NCBI GenBank assembly: GCA_965223265.1
Contig: OZ244999.1
Span: 1,248,001 to 1,312,000, forward strand
Length of the DNA stretch: 64,000 nucleotides
Direction of reading: 5' to 3'
Source of the DNA: Planctomycetota bacterium
Lineage (GTDB): Bacteria; Planctomycetota; UBA8108; SXIK01
Shown here: positions 20,823 to 32,500 of the stretch, in pieces
Position numbering within the stretch: position 1 is the stretch's first letter
How the letters are laid out: every line of letters begins with the position of its first letter
Program-made: the position numbers and the translations under genes
Notes under the pieces: generated by a model
What the model was told of the DNA's origin: nothing
Seen by the model: only the letters and a program-made list of their open reading frames with translations
Databases searched by the model: none

Positions 20823-21134
20823 GATCGCCTGTTTCGGATATATGTCTTGGCGTCGCCGGCGATTCCCCCGCTGCTGCGATGATCACGTCTGCAGAGTGAC
20901 GATGCTGGTCGTTCGCTTACGCCGGGTTCAACGTGTAGCAGGCGGTTCGAAAAATCGATTGGATTTTCTGTCCTCGGAGAAACGAGCGCTGCGGTTAGTT
21001 CCTCAGCGGAACGAGTCCGACCGCGAAGTGCGGGTCACAGCCGAATCGGTGCACAGCACCTCGGGGCTCGCGGGCGCGGATCCGCTTTGGAGGATCTTTA
21101 CCCACACGTCTACCGAGGCATAGGAGTTCTTTTG

Positions 21135-22274
21135 ATGGCACGACGCACACGTTTTCTGTCCGCATGGTCTGTGACGTTGGTCTTGACGCTGTTCGTCGCG
21201 ATTCTCTGCTCGCCGCTGGATCTGGCGCGGGGGGAAGTTTCCGCGACGAGCGAATCGGCGTGTGAAGCTGACCCGACGCTGCACGGTATCGATGGCAACG
21301 GCGACGGCTCGGTTGATCTCAGTGATGCTGTCTACCTGCTGAATTGGCTGTTCGCGAGTGGTCCCATCCCTCAGACATGCCTGGGCGAGGAGTTGGCGGC
21401 CTGCGAGAGCGCTCTCGAAACGGCCACCCCAAGGTTTCCCAACGGCCGCTTTGTAGTCCATGGAAACGGCCTGGTGACAGACACGTCGACCGGTCTTATG
21501 TGGCAGCAAAGCACCTTCAACTTTCCCGGCGACGGCGACGAGCGCGTCAGTTGGGACACGGCAGTCACATTTCCTGAGACACTGAGCCTCGGAGGTTTTG
21601 ACGATTGGCGACTGCCGACGATCGAGGAACTCTCGACGATCATTGAGTTCGAGAACGCATTCCCGGCGGCACGTGAATCGGTTTTCGGGATCGGGACGCT
21701 GACAACGAAGTATTGGTCGTCCACCACGTCTCTCGTCGATGGTCGCACCGCGTTTGCCGTCGAGTTCGGCCAACTTGGGACGATCACTCGCGAGAGTAAA
21801 CCCAGCGAGTTTTACGCCCGCTTCGTTCGTACGGTAGAGAGTACTCCCGCCCGCTTCCCGGTGTGCATCGGCAACGACGATCGATTCGTCGAGGATGGAA
21901 ACGGTCTCGTCACGGACACCTGTACCGGTCTGATGTGGCAGCAGAACACAGTGAACTTCCCAGGCGACGGGGACGAGTTGGTGAAGTGGGAAACTGCGTT
22001 CAACTTCGCCGCCGACTTGAGCCTCGGCGGGCACGACGACTGGCGACTGCCGACCGTCGAGGAGCTTCTCACCATCGTGGATTACACGAGGACGCACCCG
22101 GCGAGCGAACCGATCTTCGGCGTCGGGGTATTGCACAACCTGTACTGGAGCGCGACGACGGATCCAGTGCACCTCGAAGTAGCGTACGTCGTTGACTTTG
22201 GTCAGAACGGCTTGATGGACCTCAGCAACAAAGGGAACGAGTATTACGCGCGGGTGGTGCGCACGGCCCGTTAG
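21135..22274 (+). CDS. Exported protein: dockerin repeat + two DUF1566 (Lcl C-terminal) domains
   Basis: Signal peptide; DGNGDGSVDLSDAVYLLNWLF; two copies of GNGLVTDTxTGLMWQQ..GGxDDWRLPTxEEL..YWS..ARxVR. Confidence 0.85.
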   Translation: MARRTRFLSAWSVTLVLTLFVAILCSPLDLARGEVSATSESACEADPTLHGIDGNGDGSVDLSDAVYLLNWLFASGPIPQTCLGEELAACESALETATPRFPNGRFVVHGNGLVTDTSTGLMWQQSTFNFPGDGDERVSWDTAVTFPETLSLGGFDDWRLPTIEELSTIIEFENAFPAARESVFGIGTLTTKYWSSTTSLVDGRTAFAVEFGQLGTITRESKPSEFYARFVRTVESTPARFPVCIGNDDRFVEDGNGLVTDTCTGLMWQQNTVNFPGDGDELVKWETAFNFAADLSLGGHDDWRLPTVEELLTIVDYTRTHPASEPIFGVGVLHNLYWSATTDPVHLEVAYVVDFGQNGLMDLSNKGNEYYARVVRTAR

Positions 22275-22356
22275 AGGACGCGGGAGCGCGCCGTAGAGCA
22301 GCGAAGCCGCACGCGGTCCGCTGCCTCTCCCAAGAACCTGGATCACTGGTAGTGTA

Positions 22357-22393
22357 GACCCGCTTGCTTCCATCGGAGCGAGCGGGTCCTTTT
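22357..22393 (+). terminator. Intrinsic terminator-like hairpin
   Basis: gacccgcttgct-loop-agcgagcgggtc followed by ctttt, downstream of the DUF1566 gene. Confidence 0.6.
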
Positions 22394-22653
22394 CGTCGAG
22401 CGACGCCTTGGGCGACCTCTACTGTCTTGGTGCATACCGGCGTGCAAGGTGAACCCCGCTCGGTTCGTGGGCCATCCAGGGAAGATGCTCATTCAGAAGA
22501 GATGTATCGTGATCGTGCCTGGCGACGCGACTGGCAAGATTCCGCACCGACCCCTATGGTAAGTTACGAACCCAGTTGTTTCGCATCTTTCGCAGCCTCG
22601 CGTGTGCGCTGGGACAAGGAACAGGGGAGTGGACCCAAACGAAAGGAGGGAGT

Positions 22654-24135
22654 ATGGCGTCATCGGCTCTTTCCACCACGGCTTGGTTCGTCGGGGGATT
22701 AGCCTTGGTTAGCGGCTTGGCTCAAGGTGATCTCCAGGCTCCAGATGGTGCGATACGCATCCGGTTGGCAGATGAGATCGAACCGCCCGAGGATTTTCGC
22801 GTACACCTCCGTTTAGGATCGCTCGGCACGCGCGTCGACAAGAGCGCGTGGCTTACTGGCGATGGCGAAGTCGTCTTTGACGCCCTACCTGAGGGCCGCT
22901 ATCGCGTCGATGTCACGAATCGCCGGCCACCGAATCTTGCGCCGCAGATCGTCGACCTCAGCTCCGGTGAAACAACGGACGTCGCTCTTCGAGGTGGGAG
23001 CGTGACAGTGCACGGGCAGCTCCTCGGCGTAAAGCGACCAACGGTAGGGCTACTGGTATGGTGCCGCTTCGCGGGGCGTGTGCGCGGAGATCGGTCGCCC
23101 TATCAGGCGATTGGTGTCGTCTATGATGACGGAAGCTACCGAATCGACGGTCTTGGGCCGGGAGACTACGAGCTACGCGTGGGTGACAACGGTGAGCGAG
23201 ACAGCGTCGGCGTTTTCGAGAATATTCATCATCGTCTCCGTCTGACTGACGGATCCAGCCGCCATGATATCGAAGTGCCTGCGGGGCGTATCGAGGCGCG
23301 GATGGCCGGCGTAGGGCGCATGTCCGAGGGTCCTCTGGGAAGCGTTCGAGTTTTTCCTCGGGGTTGGGGGCCGAGTTCAGGCAACCGAGGGCTATTCGTA
23401 GAGCCCGACAAGGACGGAAAATTCAGCGTCCGTCATTTGCCGCCCGGTGACTACAACGTTTGGGTCGACCAGGCGGATAGAGGTGTGATCTGGCGCCGGG
23501 CAACAGTAACCGACGCCGAGCCGGTTCAAGTCGTCGAACTGACGCCACCGACTGGGTTGCTGGGCGGAATCAAGGGGGTGGTTGCGAATGTGGTTCAATC
23601 GACTGGAGGTGGTGGACGTCGGTCGCGGCGAGAAGTGACTTCGGTAGGTGTCTTCCCACGAGACGAGAAGGGGTATGATTTCGGCTTAGGTCTCGGATAT
23701 GGGATCGTTGATTCAGAGATCGGAGAGTTTCGCATCGACAACCTAGTCGAGGGCACCTACGGTGTGTTCGTTCATAGCGATCAGCAGCTGTCGACAGCCG
23801 TTTGGCAGCCAGATGTCGTCGTCAGCGCCGGCAGAGTGACTCAACTCGCGCTTACGGTTCCTGCGGGACGAGAGGTTCAGATCCAACTTGACGAGGGGGA
23901 CGAATCGACTCGACAGTCGATCTGGTCACTTCGTATGCCGAGCGGGGACTGGCTGCCCTTCTTCATGTTCGTCGGGAGCAGACCGGAGGGTCGTCGAGCC
24001 GGGAATCGAGGCTTCCAGTTACCGCTTGGACAATACACCGTGAGCGCAGACTTCGGCGATCCGGTCCCGGTACTCCACGAGTTCGTCGTGTCATCTGCCC
24101 GCGGCGATACTATGAAAGTTAAAGTCGTACGTTGA
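22654..24135 (+). CDS. Exported carboxypeptidase-regulatory-like (beta-sandwich repeat) protein
   Basis: SD aaggaggg before ATG 22654; repeats DGSYRIDGLGPGDYEL, DGKFSVRHLPPGDYNV, GEFRIDNLVEGTY. Confidence 0.75.
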   Translation: MASSALSTTAWFVGGLALVSGLAQGDLQAPDGAIRIRLADEIEPPEDFRVHLRLGSLGTRVDKSAWLTGDGEVVFDALPEGRYRVDVTNRRPPNLAPQIVDLSSGETTDVALRGGSVTVHGQLLGVKRPTVGLLVWCRFAGRVRGDRSPYQAIGVVYDDGSYRIDGLGPGDYELRVGDNGERDSVGVFENIHHRLRLTDGSSRHDIEVPAGRIEARMAGVGRMSEGPLGSVRVFPRGWGPSSGNRGLFVEPDKDGKFSVRHLPPGDYNVWVDQADRGVIWRRATVTDAEPVQVVELTPPTGLLGGIKGVVANVVQSTGGGGRRSRREVTSVGVFPRDEKGYDFGLGLGYGIVDSEIGEFRIDNLVEGTYGVFVHSDQQLSTAVWQPDVVVSAGRVTQLALTVPAGREVQIQLDEGDESTRQSIWSLRMPSGDWLPFFMFVGSRPEGRRAGNRGFQLPLGQYTVSADFGDPVPVLHEFVVSSARGDTMKVKVVR

Positions 24136-24176
24136 GCATTTCGGTGACTGTGGTTCGGACATAAGGAGAGGTTACG

Positions 24177-24638
24177 ATGCGGTTCTTCCTTCTTGTCGGG
24201 GTTCTTGTCGCTGCGTCGCCAACAAAGAGAATCCCGAAACCCTCTGATGTAGTCTCGTCCTTTCAGGAACTCGCGAAAAAGAACGATGTCAAAGGTTGTC
24301 TCAAATTGTTCGTCCAAAGGAAGAACGATTCGCGTGCGCAACAAGACCTCATGAGAAGAGTGCAGAAGTACGTGAAGAACTTCAAGCGCGCGTCGATCGC
24401 TGTCGTGGAGGAACGAATCGATCGCGGTTGTGCCGTGGTCGTGATTCGAGACGGCGTCAAGAAGAAGTCGATAGACTACGACCCGTTTTATCTCATTCGT
24501 CAGGGAAAGAAATGGAAGTTGTTTCCTCGATTGACTCGGTATGATTCGAAAGACATCGCCCTCTCAAAAGCCGATTTGGCACGGTTTGAAAAGCTTGAGA
24601 AATGGTTTAAAGCACGGAAAGCGGAATTGAGTCGTTAG
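24177..24638 (+). CDS. Small exported basic hypothetical protein (possibly NTF2-like)
   Basis: SD aggag; signal-like N-terminus; YLIRQGKKWKL ending; Lys-rich and more AT-rich than neighbours. Confidence 0.65.
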   Translation: MRFFLLVGVLVAASPTKRIPKPSDVVSSFQELAKKNDVKGCLKLFVQRKNDSRAQQDLMRRVQKYVKNFKRASIAVVEERIDRGCAVVVIRDGVKKKSIDYDPFYLIRQGKKWKLFPRLTRYDSKDIALSKADLARFEKLEKWFKARKAELSR

Positions 24639-24678
24639 AGCTCTGCGTCGACGAAGGCCTCAGATCGCGTGGGTGAGG

Positions 24679-24712
24679 GCGCCGCGGAGCTTCCTCGGCG
24701 CAGCGGTTTTTT
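24679..24712 (+). terminator. Possible terminator between convergent genes
   Basis: gcgccgcgg/cctcggcgc imperfect stem with a T6 run shortly after. Confidence 0.35.
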
Positions 24713-24856
24713 CTCGGAGAGGTCAGCGAGTGCTTAGTGCTTCTGCATCGGCGACTTCTGATCAGATGCCGTATGCGATTTGGCGCACCTGTACCTCGAC
24801 CATCGGTTTGGGAGAGACGGCCGCACGTTCAGCCCTCAGCAGGCCATGACGCTGTT

Positions 24857-26395
24857 TCACTTCTGTGCAATCCGAACCGTACCCTCGTTCGCTTGCGGTT
24901 TCCCCGGCGTACTGCGGCCCCGGTCGACGTAGCGCTGCAGGAGAGCGGTCAGTTCGTGGACGATCTCGGGATGCTTCGCGTGCAGGTTGGTGGTTTCGCC
25001 GATGTCAGTGGCAAGGTCAAAGAGCTGTACGTTCGGCAGCTCGGCGTCACGAGCTTCGTTCGGTCTTGGGTGGCTCCAGCCGCCAGATCCGGGACAAAGG
25101 ACAAGCTTCCATCGCCCTCTTCGCAGCGCGAACGATCCGTTGATGGAGTGATGCACGGTAGCCTCCCTCACTTCGTTGGCCGAGCGCGTCATGAGCGGCA
25201 AGATGCTGACGGAGTCCTCCGCGGCATTGTCGGGTAGGTCGAATCCTGTGATCTCTGCCACAGTCGCCGTCAAGTCGGTATGACAGATCGTCGCCGCCGA
25301 GGTTGAGCCGGCCGGAATCATTCCCGGCCATCGAGCGATGAAGGGCACCCGGTGGCCACCCTCAAAGATATCGGCTTTGTACCCACGCCAGCGCCCGCTG
25401 GGATTGTGCCCCTTGCTGATCAAGGTCGGAAAGTCAGCACCCGGAGTGGCGCCGTTGTCGCTGGTGACGATGAAGAGCGTGTTCTTCGCAAGACCTTTCC
25501 GCTTTAGGGCGTCCATCACCTGGCCGACGGTCCAATCGACCTGCATGACGAAATCGCCCCATTCATTGAGTCCGCTCTGCGTTTGAAACCTCTTCTCGGG
25601 AAGAATGGGTTTGTGAGGAGCTGGGAGCGGGAAGTAGAGAAAGAACGGTCTCTGCTCATCCTGCTTCTCGATGAAGCTGACCGCTTTTTTTGTGAGCACG
25701 TCGAGGACTTCGATGTGCTTGAAATCATCACCGATCGGGCCTTCACGCCAGAACTTCTTGCCCTCGGAAGCTGGCACGAGCGTTTCAGGCGTCCGGGTGG
25801 CGCGATCGTTCTTGATGTAAACATACGGGTGCATGTCGAGCGACGCGGAGATGCCGAAGAACTCATCGAAGCCGAGTTGATTGGGGCCTGAGCGAATCGG
25901 TTGGCTGAAGTCGATATTCTCCCAGGTCTCGTCGCGGTCGTCGCCCGGAGACTTCGCTGCATCCTTCAACGCCCACTCGAGCCCCAGGTGCCATTTGCCG
26001 ATGCATGCCGTGTTGTACCCTTGACGCTCGAGCAGCGACGCTACGGTCAAGCGATCCGCGGCGATGAGTGGCGGCGAGTAGCCCCAGCAAACTCCCGATT
26101 TGAGACGAGTGCGCCAGGCGTAGCGCCCGGTGAGTAGTCCGTAGCGCGTCGGAGTGCAGACCGCGGACGGCGAATGGGCATCCACGAACCGCATGCCTTG
26201 ACCGGCGAGTCTATCGATATTCGGCGTGGCGATCTGGCCCTTTGGGTTGAAAGCACGAACGTCTCCGTAGCCGAGGTCGTCCGCGAGAATGTAGATGACG
26301 TTTGGGCGGGTCCGATCGGCGCTAGCGTTAGCAGCAGCTACCATCGAACTTTGCCAGACTACGCAAATGGTGGCTAACAACGTGAATCTATGCAT
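24857..26395 (-). CDS. Arylsulfatase (AslA-like)
   Basis: PNVIYILADDLGYGD, CTPTRYGLLTGRY, GKWHLG, TSDNG, EGGHRVP. Confidence 0.95.
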   Translation of the reverse strand: MHRFTLLATICVVWQSSMVAAANASADRTRPNVIYILADDLGYGDVRAFNPKGQIATPNIDRLAGQGMRFVDAHSPSAVCTPTRYGLLTGRYAWRTRLKSGVCWGYSPPLIAADRLTVASLLERQGYNTACIGKWHLGLEWALKDAAKSPGDDRDETWENIDFSQPIRSGPNQLGFDEFFGISASLDMHPYVYIKNDRATRTPETLVPASEGKKFWREGPIGDDFKHIEVLDVLTKKAVSFIEKQDEQRPFFLYFPLPAPHKPILPEKRFQTQSGLNEWGDFVMQVDWTVGQVMDALKRKGLAKNTLFIVTSDNGATPGADFPTLISKGHNPSGRWRGYKADIFEGGHRVPFIARWPGMIPAGSTSAATICHTDLTATVAEITGFDLPDNAAEDSVSILPLMTRSANEVREATVHHSINGSFALRRGRWKLVLCPGSGGWSHPRPNEARDAELPNVQLFDLATDIGETTNLHAKHPEIVHELTALLQRYVDRGRSTPGKPQANEGTVRIAQK

Positions 26396-26614
26396 ACCTG
26401 GCCTCTGAACGGGATGTCTCGGGGAAGTGAGCGAACAGTCCGCTGGAAGATTTCGTTCGCAGCACCGGCCGTTTCGCGTCCAGCCTGACTGCGACCGCAG
26501 TCGGCGTTGGTCTTGGCTCGACGAATTCGTCCAGCGGACTGCTCATCCTATGAGGCGCGACCGTCCAGCGCAATCGGTCGGGGGCGCAGGACGGCATCGA
26601 TCACGGGTTGTGTG

Positions 26615-27322
26615 TCACCCCCGTGACTTATGCTCGTTGATTACCACCGCGACTTTTGCAAAGCGCTGGTCGTCGGGATACTGCGCCAACCATTGCAGCA
26701 GATTTTCGCCGTCGTGGGTGAATCTCACGTCGGCCTCCGCTCCGTGTTTCAACGCGAGCTGGACGACTGCAGCATGCCCGTGCCCGCCGGCGCAGTAGAG
26801 CACCGTGTGACCGCGTGCATTCGTCGCGTTCACGTCGGCCCCTGCGGCGATCAGTTGCCTGACGATGTCGAGATCGCCGTTGCGAGCGGCATGGTGGAGC
26901 GGCATGTCGCCCCGGCCATCGGCCGTGGTCGCCAGGTGCGGGTGAGCCCGGAGGAGTGATCCGACGCGCTCGTTGTCCGCCAGAAAAACGGCCGCCAGAA
27001 ACTGTCGCGAGAGATCATCGACAGGTCGGACATGAGCGTCGAGCGCCCCGTACTGCACCAGCAGTCTCACGATCGATTTGTTGTTCGGCACTTCGCTGGC
27101 GTAATGCAAGGCATCTCCATCGTGGGCCGACACATCTGCGCCCGCCGCGATCAAGAATCGAACGACCTCCTCCTGGCTGTTGAGCCCAGCGTGGAAGATG
27201 GGGCGCCATTTGTGTTCGTCGTCGGCGTCGACGAGTTTGGGATTTTCCGCGACCAGTTTGCGAACACGCTCGATGTCGCCACGGCGACAAGCGTCATGAA
27301 TGGAAGGAGCGGAAGGGGACAT
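26615..27322 (-). CDS. Ankyrin-repeat protein
   Basis: GDMPLHHAARNGDLDIVRQLIAAGADVN and related repeats; SD gagga before ATG 27322. Confidence 0.9.
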   Translation of the reverse strand: MSPSAPSIHDACRRGDIERVRKLVAENPKLVDADDEHKWRPIFHAGLNSQEEVVRFLIAAGADVSAHDGDALHYASEVPNNKSIVRLLVQYGALDAHVRPVDDLSRQFLAAVFLADNERVGSLLRAHPHLATTADGRGDMPLHHAARNGDLDIVRQLIAAGADVNATNARGHTVLYCAGGHGHAAVVQLALKHGAEADVRFTHDGENLLQWLAQYPDDQRFAKVAVVINEHKSRG

Positions 27323-27485
27323 GTTGATTCCTCTCGATCGGTTGAGCTTGTGCCGACGCAGAAATCTTGTCCCCAATTGTGCCCGCCTGACTTCGCTCCG
27401 AAAAGCCTTTGAGATCCGTTCCGATCACTTGCGCCCGGCGAATGCCTGGCGCCACCGACATTTGACGCGGTGAACAGATGGCCTT

Positions 27486-27890
27486 CTACTGGACGCCGAC
27501 CCACTGCTCGTTCGCCGCATCCCACTGGAACTTCGCCTGTACCGTGTCGAACGCGGCGACGACGGCGGCGCGGATCTCGTCTTGGCTGAACTCGTTTTTC
27601 TTGGCCTGTTCGCCGATCGTCGCTCTGGCGGCATCCTTGGCGATGCGACCCACCATTCCGCTTCCGAGAGTGCTCGAGATCGTGCTCGCCGCTGTTCGGC
27701 GCAGGCTGTTCCAGACGTTTTTCTTCACGGAGCGTTCGATGGTTGCTTTCACCTCCTTCGAGCGCCGCACTGCGGCGGTTGCCTCCGCTTCGACGCCGTT
27801 TTCCGGACACCGAAAAGTGACGGCGATGCGGCTGCCGTTTTGTTCCTGTTTGGCGATCAGAGGCTCGATCGTGGTGTATTCGGTCGACAT
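27486..27890 (-). CDS. Hypothetical protein
   Basis: SD aaggag, ATG, coding-like composition; no family recognised. Confidence 0.7.
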   Translation of the reverse strand: MSTEYTTIEPLIAKQEQNGSRIAVTFRCPENGVEAEATAAVRRSKEVKATIERSVKKNVWNSLRRTAASTISSTLGSGMVGRIAKDAARATIGEQAKKNEFSQDEIRAAVVAAFDTVQAKFQWDAANEQWVGVQ

Positions 27891-28185
27891 AACTGGACTC
27901 CTTTGTGCAAGAGCGAGATCGGCGTTCGCCGCCTCGCGGGGTTTTCAGGTCGTTGGTGCCCCGTGACTGACAGGTAGAACACGGGACCAACTCACAAGAG
28001 GCTCGGGGGGAGAATGAAGCCACGGGGTTCAAAAAACTCCGAGCGCGCCGAAGAGAGCTGTTTTTCCCGCCGAATCACCGCCGGTCATTGGATTAACGGC
28101 CGACCGAGGAAAACCGGATTCGCCGCGACACCGTGGAGCGCGGTGGCCTGTGAGGCCGCGCGGATCGCAGACGAGCAGCCCGCCG

Positions 28186-29034
28186 TCAAGGCGAGGCGGG
28201 GATCGCCGCGGCAGGTAGGGTGGTATACGGAGATTCTCCTCGGAGCCGCCGGGCGACGTCCGCGTGGATGCGTGCATCGACGACGCCGGCAGCGTGCGCC
28301 GGCTGAAGGAGGCGGTCGCTCACCCACAGCGGCGGAGAGCCTGGCGGCGCTGCGTTCTCGGCCCCGACGATGAGGTCGCCCAGACGGACATACGGATAGA
28401 TCGCGTACTCAGTGCCGCGCGCTTCCTCGTTGAGGCGGACGAGGAGATCGGAACCGATGCGCATGTCGCGATGGAGTTTGAGGAAGCACGGGAGTGACGC
28501 CCAGCGAGCGCCGCGATGCGGCGAGCTTAACGTGAACAGTCGCCGTATCCGAAGTCGTCGTGACGTCGCGGCGCTGTTTTCTGGCGGCGCGGCTGCGTCG
28601 CGTGCCACCAGCCCTCCCATCGAGATGCCGACGACGTCGACCTCAGTTGTCCACGTGGGATCGTCGCTCGGATACGCAGCGTCGACGGCCGCGATGAGCT
28701 TCGTCCGGCACTGGTCGAACGTCGAGCAGAAAAAGAAGCTGACGTCCACGAATCGTTCGTCGCCGGTGTACTGTCGAAAGACCCGCGACACCCACCACGG
28801 ACCGAGGTGCGGATCGAGGTAGCCGCCGGCGACGACCACCGGGCGCGCCAGCTCAACGGGCGCGTTCTTCATCGCGTCGAGCTCGCACTTGGCGTCGGAC
28901 ACAGAGAGCGGAAACGACGGATTCACGATTCCCGTTGCACATCCGGCCACGGCGATGAGGCTCAAGGTCAACAGGCTCACGGAGACGAAGGCGCGGCTGC
29001 GCCGCCGGGTACGATCGAAGACGACTCGTCTCAT
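28186..29034 (-). CDS. Alpha/beta-hydrolase (lipase/esterase) lipoprotein
   Basis: Lipobox VAGC; nucleophile elbow VVGISMGG; TLSSPHRG. Confidence 0.85.
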   Translation of the reverse strand: MRRVVFDRTRRRSRAFVSVSLLTLSLIAVAGCATGIVNPSFPLSVSDAKCELDAMKNAPVELARPVVVAGGYLDPHLGPWWVSRVFRQYTGDERFVDVSFFFCSTFDQCRTKLIAAVDAAYPSDDPTWTTEVDVVGISMGGLVARDAAAPPENSAATSRRLRIRRLFTLSSPHRGARWASLPCFLKLHRDMRIGSDLLVRLNEEARGTEYAIYPYVRLGDLIVGAENAAPPGSPPLWVSDRLLQPAHAAGVVDARIHADVARRLRGESPYTTLPAAAIPASP

Positions 29035-29505
29035 GCTCCTATTGTGCTGTGCGCCGGGTGATTCGCCAAAGGGGAATGCTGTGATTGCGCCTCGGGGGAG
29101 ATCACGCAGCCGAATCTGCTACACCTCGTGGGAATCACTTCTTCGGTCCACGAGCAAATCGTTTTGTCCGTGACCAGAGGTGTCTCATTCTATGGCGTGA
29201 CTCTCGTCGACTTTCAGGAGCGCCATGAGGTCTTCGCGCTCGGAGCTGGAAAGCTCTAGCTTGGCGACGATCGTTTTCCCGAACGCGCCTTCGAAGGACT
29301 GCAGGTAGCCTGACCCCGACCGCATGGCCTTGACCGATAGATAAACCGGACATTTCATGGCGTTCGGCTGCGGCGACGCGCAGTAGTCTATCGCTATCGC
29401 GGTGTGCGCGTGTTGAAAATGAATGAGCGAGCTTAGGCGCTGACTTTGCGGCTTTCGCAGCCTGGCTAGATCACCACACGACGAGGTAGTGCAGTGCCGC
29501 GATGC

Positions 29506-32500
29506 TCACTGATTTGGCAACGCCAACTTCACCGTCGCCGTTCCTGACTGGGGAACCGTGACCTCAACAGTCTCGTCGATGATCGGTGTTGGATTCGATA
29601 CGTCACGCGCTAAAGAGATCTCGAGCCGAATGCGGTGATCGCCAGGGCGCGTCTTGATGCGCGCTCGCGAAGTTCCGGGCTGCGTCCTGCCGAGGTGCAT
29701 GGGACGGCCGTCCGAAGCAGACTCAAACTTCCAGCCGGGACCCGAGGTCGAGAGGCATGTGGCTACGACCCGATAGAGCGAATCGCTGACTTCTCCCTCC
29801 AGCTCGACAACGATCCACGAGGCCGGCGCTAGAGTGACGGACCGCTCGATGGCCTCGTCATCTACCACAATTGCATGCGTCTGCGGCAGGTACTCGGCAG
29901 CGTCCACCTGCAGGCGATAGCGACCCGGAGGAATATCACTCAGGATCGCTTGCCCATCGCTGCCCGATAGGGCACCGATCCGCATCGGAAAGTCGGCCTC
30001 GAGTTCCAGCAGTACGTGAGCCTTTCCCACCGCCTGCCCATCGCCGTCTGTGACGTGAGTCGCCAGTGCGCCGCCGCCGACTTGGATCGTCAGCGCAACG
30101 TCCTGTGTTTCGCTTATGGCGAACGGAGAGGTCCAACCGATGGGCTGACCTCGGTCAGTGCGCTTGACTGTTGCCAGATAGGTCCCGGGTGACAACTCAT
30201 CGAAGCGAAACGTTCCATCGGGTCCAGTCTCGAAGCGCTCCTGCCCGTGGATCTCCTGCCACTGGAGCTCCGGCATACGGAATGGAAGGTTCGCGATCTT
30301 GAGGAGCTCAAGAGATTTTTTTTTCAGCCCAACCAATACGCCGCTGACAGGAGTCCCGGAACGGCGATCGACGACATGGCCGCGCACGCCGTTCGTGCCC
30401 AACGCGATGTCGACGATGGTGTCGCCTGTCGTGACTTCGATCGTTTCGCCTTCGCCCGTGGACGATTGGCTGCGAACTCTGACGCGGTATTCCCCCGGTG
30501 GTAGCCCGTCCACACGATAGTTCCCGTCCTCATCGGTCATCACGTGGGCGTGCCCGTGGGCACCACTGACGTAGACGTCTTCGCGGGCGCGTGGGACGTT
30601 GCCCAGCGTGACTTGGCCGGAGATCGACGCCGATCCCAACTGAAAGTTGACAGTTGTGCTTTCTCCGGCAACGACCAGAACCTCCCTTGCTAGGTTGAGC
30701 TTACCGGACAAGAACACTCGGATTTTGACCTTTTCGCCCGGCAGGTCGTCGATTCGAAAATGGCCCTCCGCGTTCGTGCGAGCATCGGAGAAGCCGCCGA
30801 CGAAGAGCCTGACTCCGGACACCGGCTCGCCGCGAGCGGTCTCGACACGACCTTCGATGGAGCCACCGACGGCGATGCGGAAAGTCTGCAAGTCGACGCT
30901 CGACACGACGTCTGAGTACGTAGTTCTCGCGTAACCCGGTTTCTCCAGGTAGACGGACCCTGGTTTCCCGGTTACGCCCGGGAGGCTGACTTCACCCGCT
31001 GCGTCGGTCACTCCCGTTCGTCCGGCGCCCTTGCGCCGCTCTTGCGAGCGTGGACGGCCTCCTCGTCGCTCGACGAACGTGACGCGCACTCCCGGAACAG
31101 CGTTTCGGGACACGGCGTCGACCACGCGAAGGTGAAGCTCTTCTCCCTGCTCAAGCTCGACCCGCAGATGAGCATCCTCGGAGCAAGATGCTCGCGCTTC
31201 CACCTCAGGTATCACCTTTTCAACGTACCCCTTTGCCGCGATCGCGACTCGATAGAAGACGGACGTCTGCACGTCGTCGACGATGAACTCTCCGGTCTCC
31301 GCGTGGAAACTTAGACCGACGTCTCCAAGGGCTGACTCCAGACCCAAAGAGTATTCCGCTTTACGGGACGCATCCGGGGCCAGTGTGATCTTGACGGTGA
31401 AGCCTTCGATGGGTGAACCGCTCTCTGCGTCCAGGACAGTGCCACAGAGAATTCCTGGCTCCTGCACAACGACAACGACATCCTCGCGATCTATGACGAA
31501 CTCGCTCGTGCTTCCCACGAGACGACCTTTGGATGAGCGAATCCGCTCCGAAGCCGGCGGCAGGTTCTCGATCCGGAACTGACCGTTCGCATCAGTGCGC
31601 GTTTCTCCACCCAACTGAAAGAGAGTGTCGATGGTGACCCACGCATCCTCGATGGGCCTCCCGCGGGCATCGACAACGGTCCCGGCGATAAAGTGCCCAG
31701 GCGCAAGGACGACTTCCACATCTCGCCATTCAGCCTCCGTGGTGTCTAACTGAACGTACGTTGGCGCATATCCCGGTGCCCTGACGATCACGCCAGAAGC
31801 TTGGGGCGAGACGCCGCTGATCCGAAATCGTCCCTCGCTGTCGGTTGAGAAAGAGTTTTCCCGATCCCCAAATGGTGGACTGTCGACGGTGGCGCCACCG
31901 ATTGGGTTTCCCAACAGGTCGACCACGATGCCGGAGAGGGTGCTCCGGAGCTGCAGATCGAGCTGCAAATCGAGCTGAGTTCGCCGCGCGTTCATTGGGA
32001 ATCCGCTGATGGACTCCATGGCGAATTGGCCATCCTGTGATGCGCTCAAGGAGAGATTCTTCGCGTTGAGAGGAACTGCGGCAAGTTGATAGCTGCCGTC
32101 ATCGGAGGTCTTCGCGCGGACGGTCGCTGTGGCGGACACCAAAGTCACAGTCGCGTTCGTAGCCGGCTCGCCGTCGAGCGTGCGAACGATGCCTTCGACT
32201 GTGCCGCCTAACGGCAACTCGATCGTTGCAGAAGGGAAGTGCCCGACATGAGCTTGCAGCTTGAGAAGCTGGTCGGCGTACCCATCAGCGGAGCCGACGA
32301 TGTCAACGCGGCCAGCGGGAATTCCGGGCAGTGTGAAATGACCTTCAGTATTGCAGCGCGCGAACTGAAACCCTTTCCAACGTACGAGAGCGCCGGCGAT
32401 CGGTAGTTTCGTCCCGTCGTCGATCACGGTACCAGAAACGATCACGCCGGGCTTCAAGCGGCGGTCGAATTGCCCGGTGGGATTCGCGGGACCGACGGTG

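Noticed and set aside
28027-28040. gttcaaaaaactcc resembling 36057-36069 as another MITE end
   Set aside because: Match is too short and I found no partner inverted repeat.
29185-29358. 57-aa minus-strand ORF (MKCPVYLSVK...)
   Set aside because: No clear SD or recognisable motif; cannot be supported as a gene.
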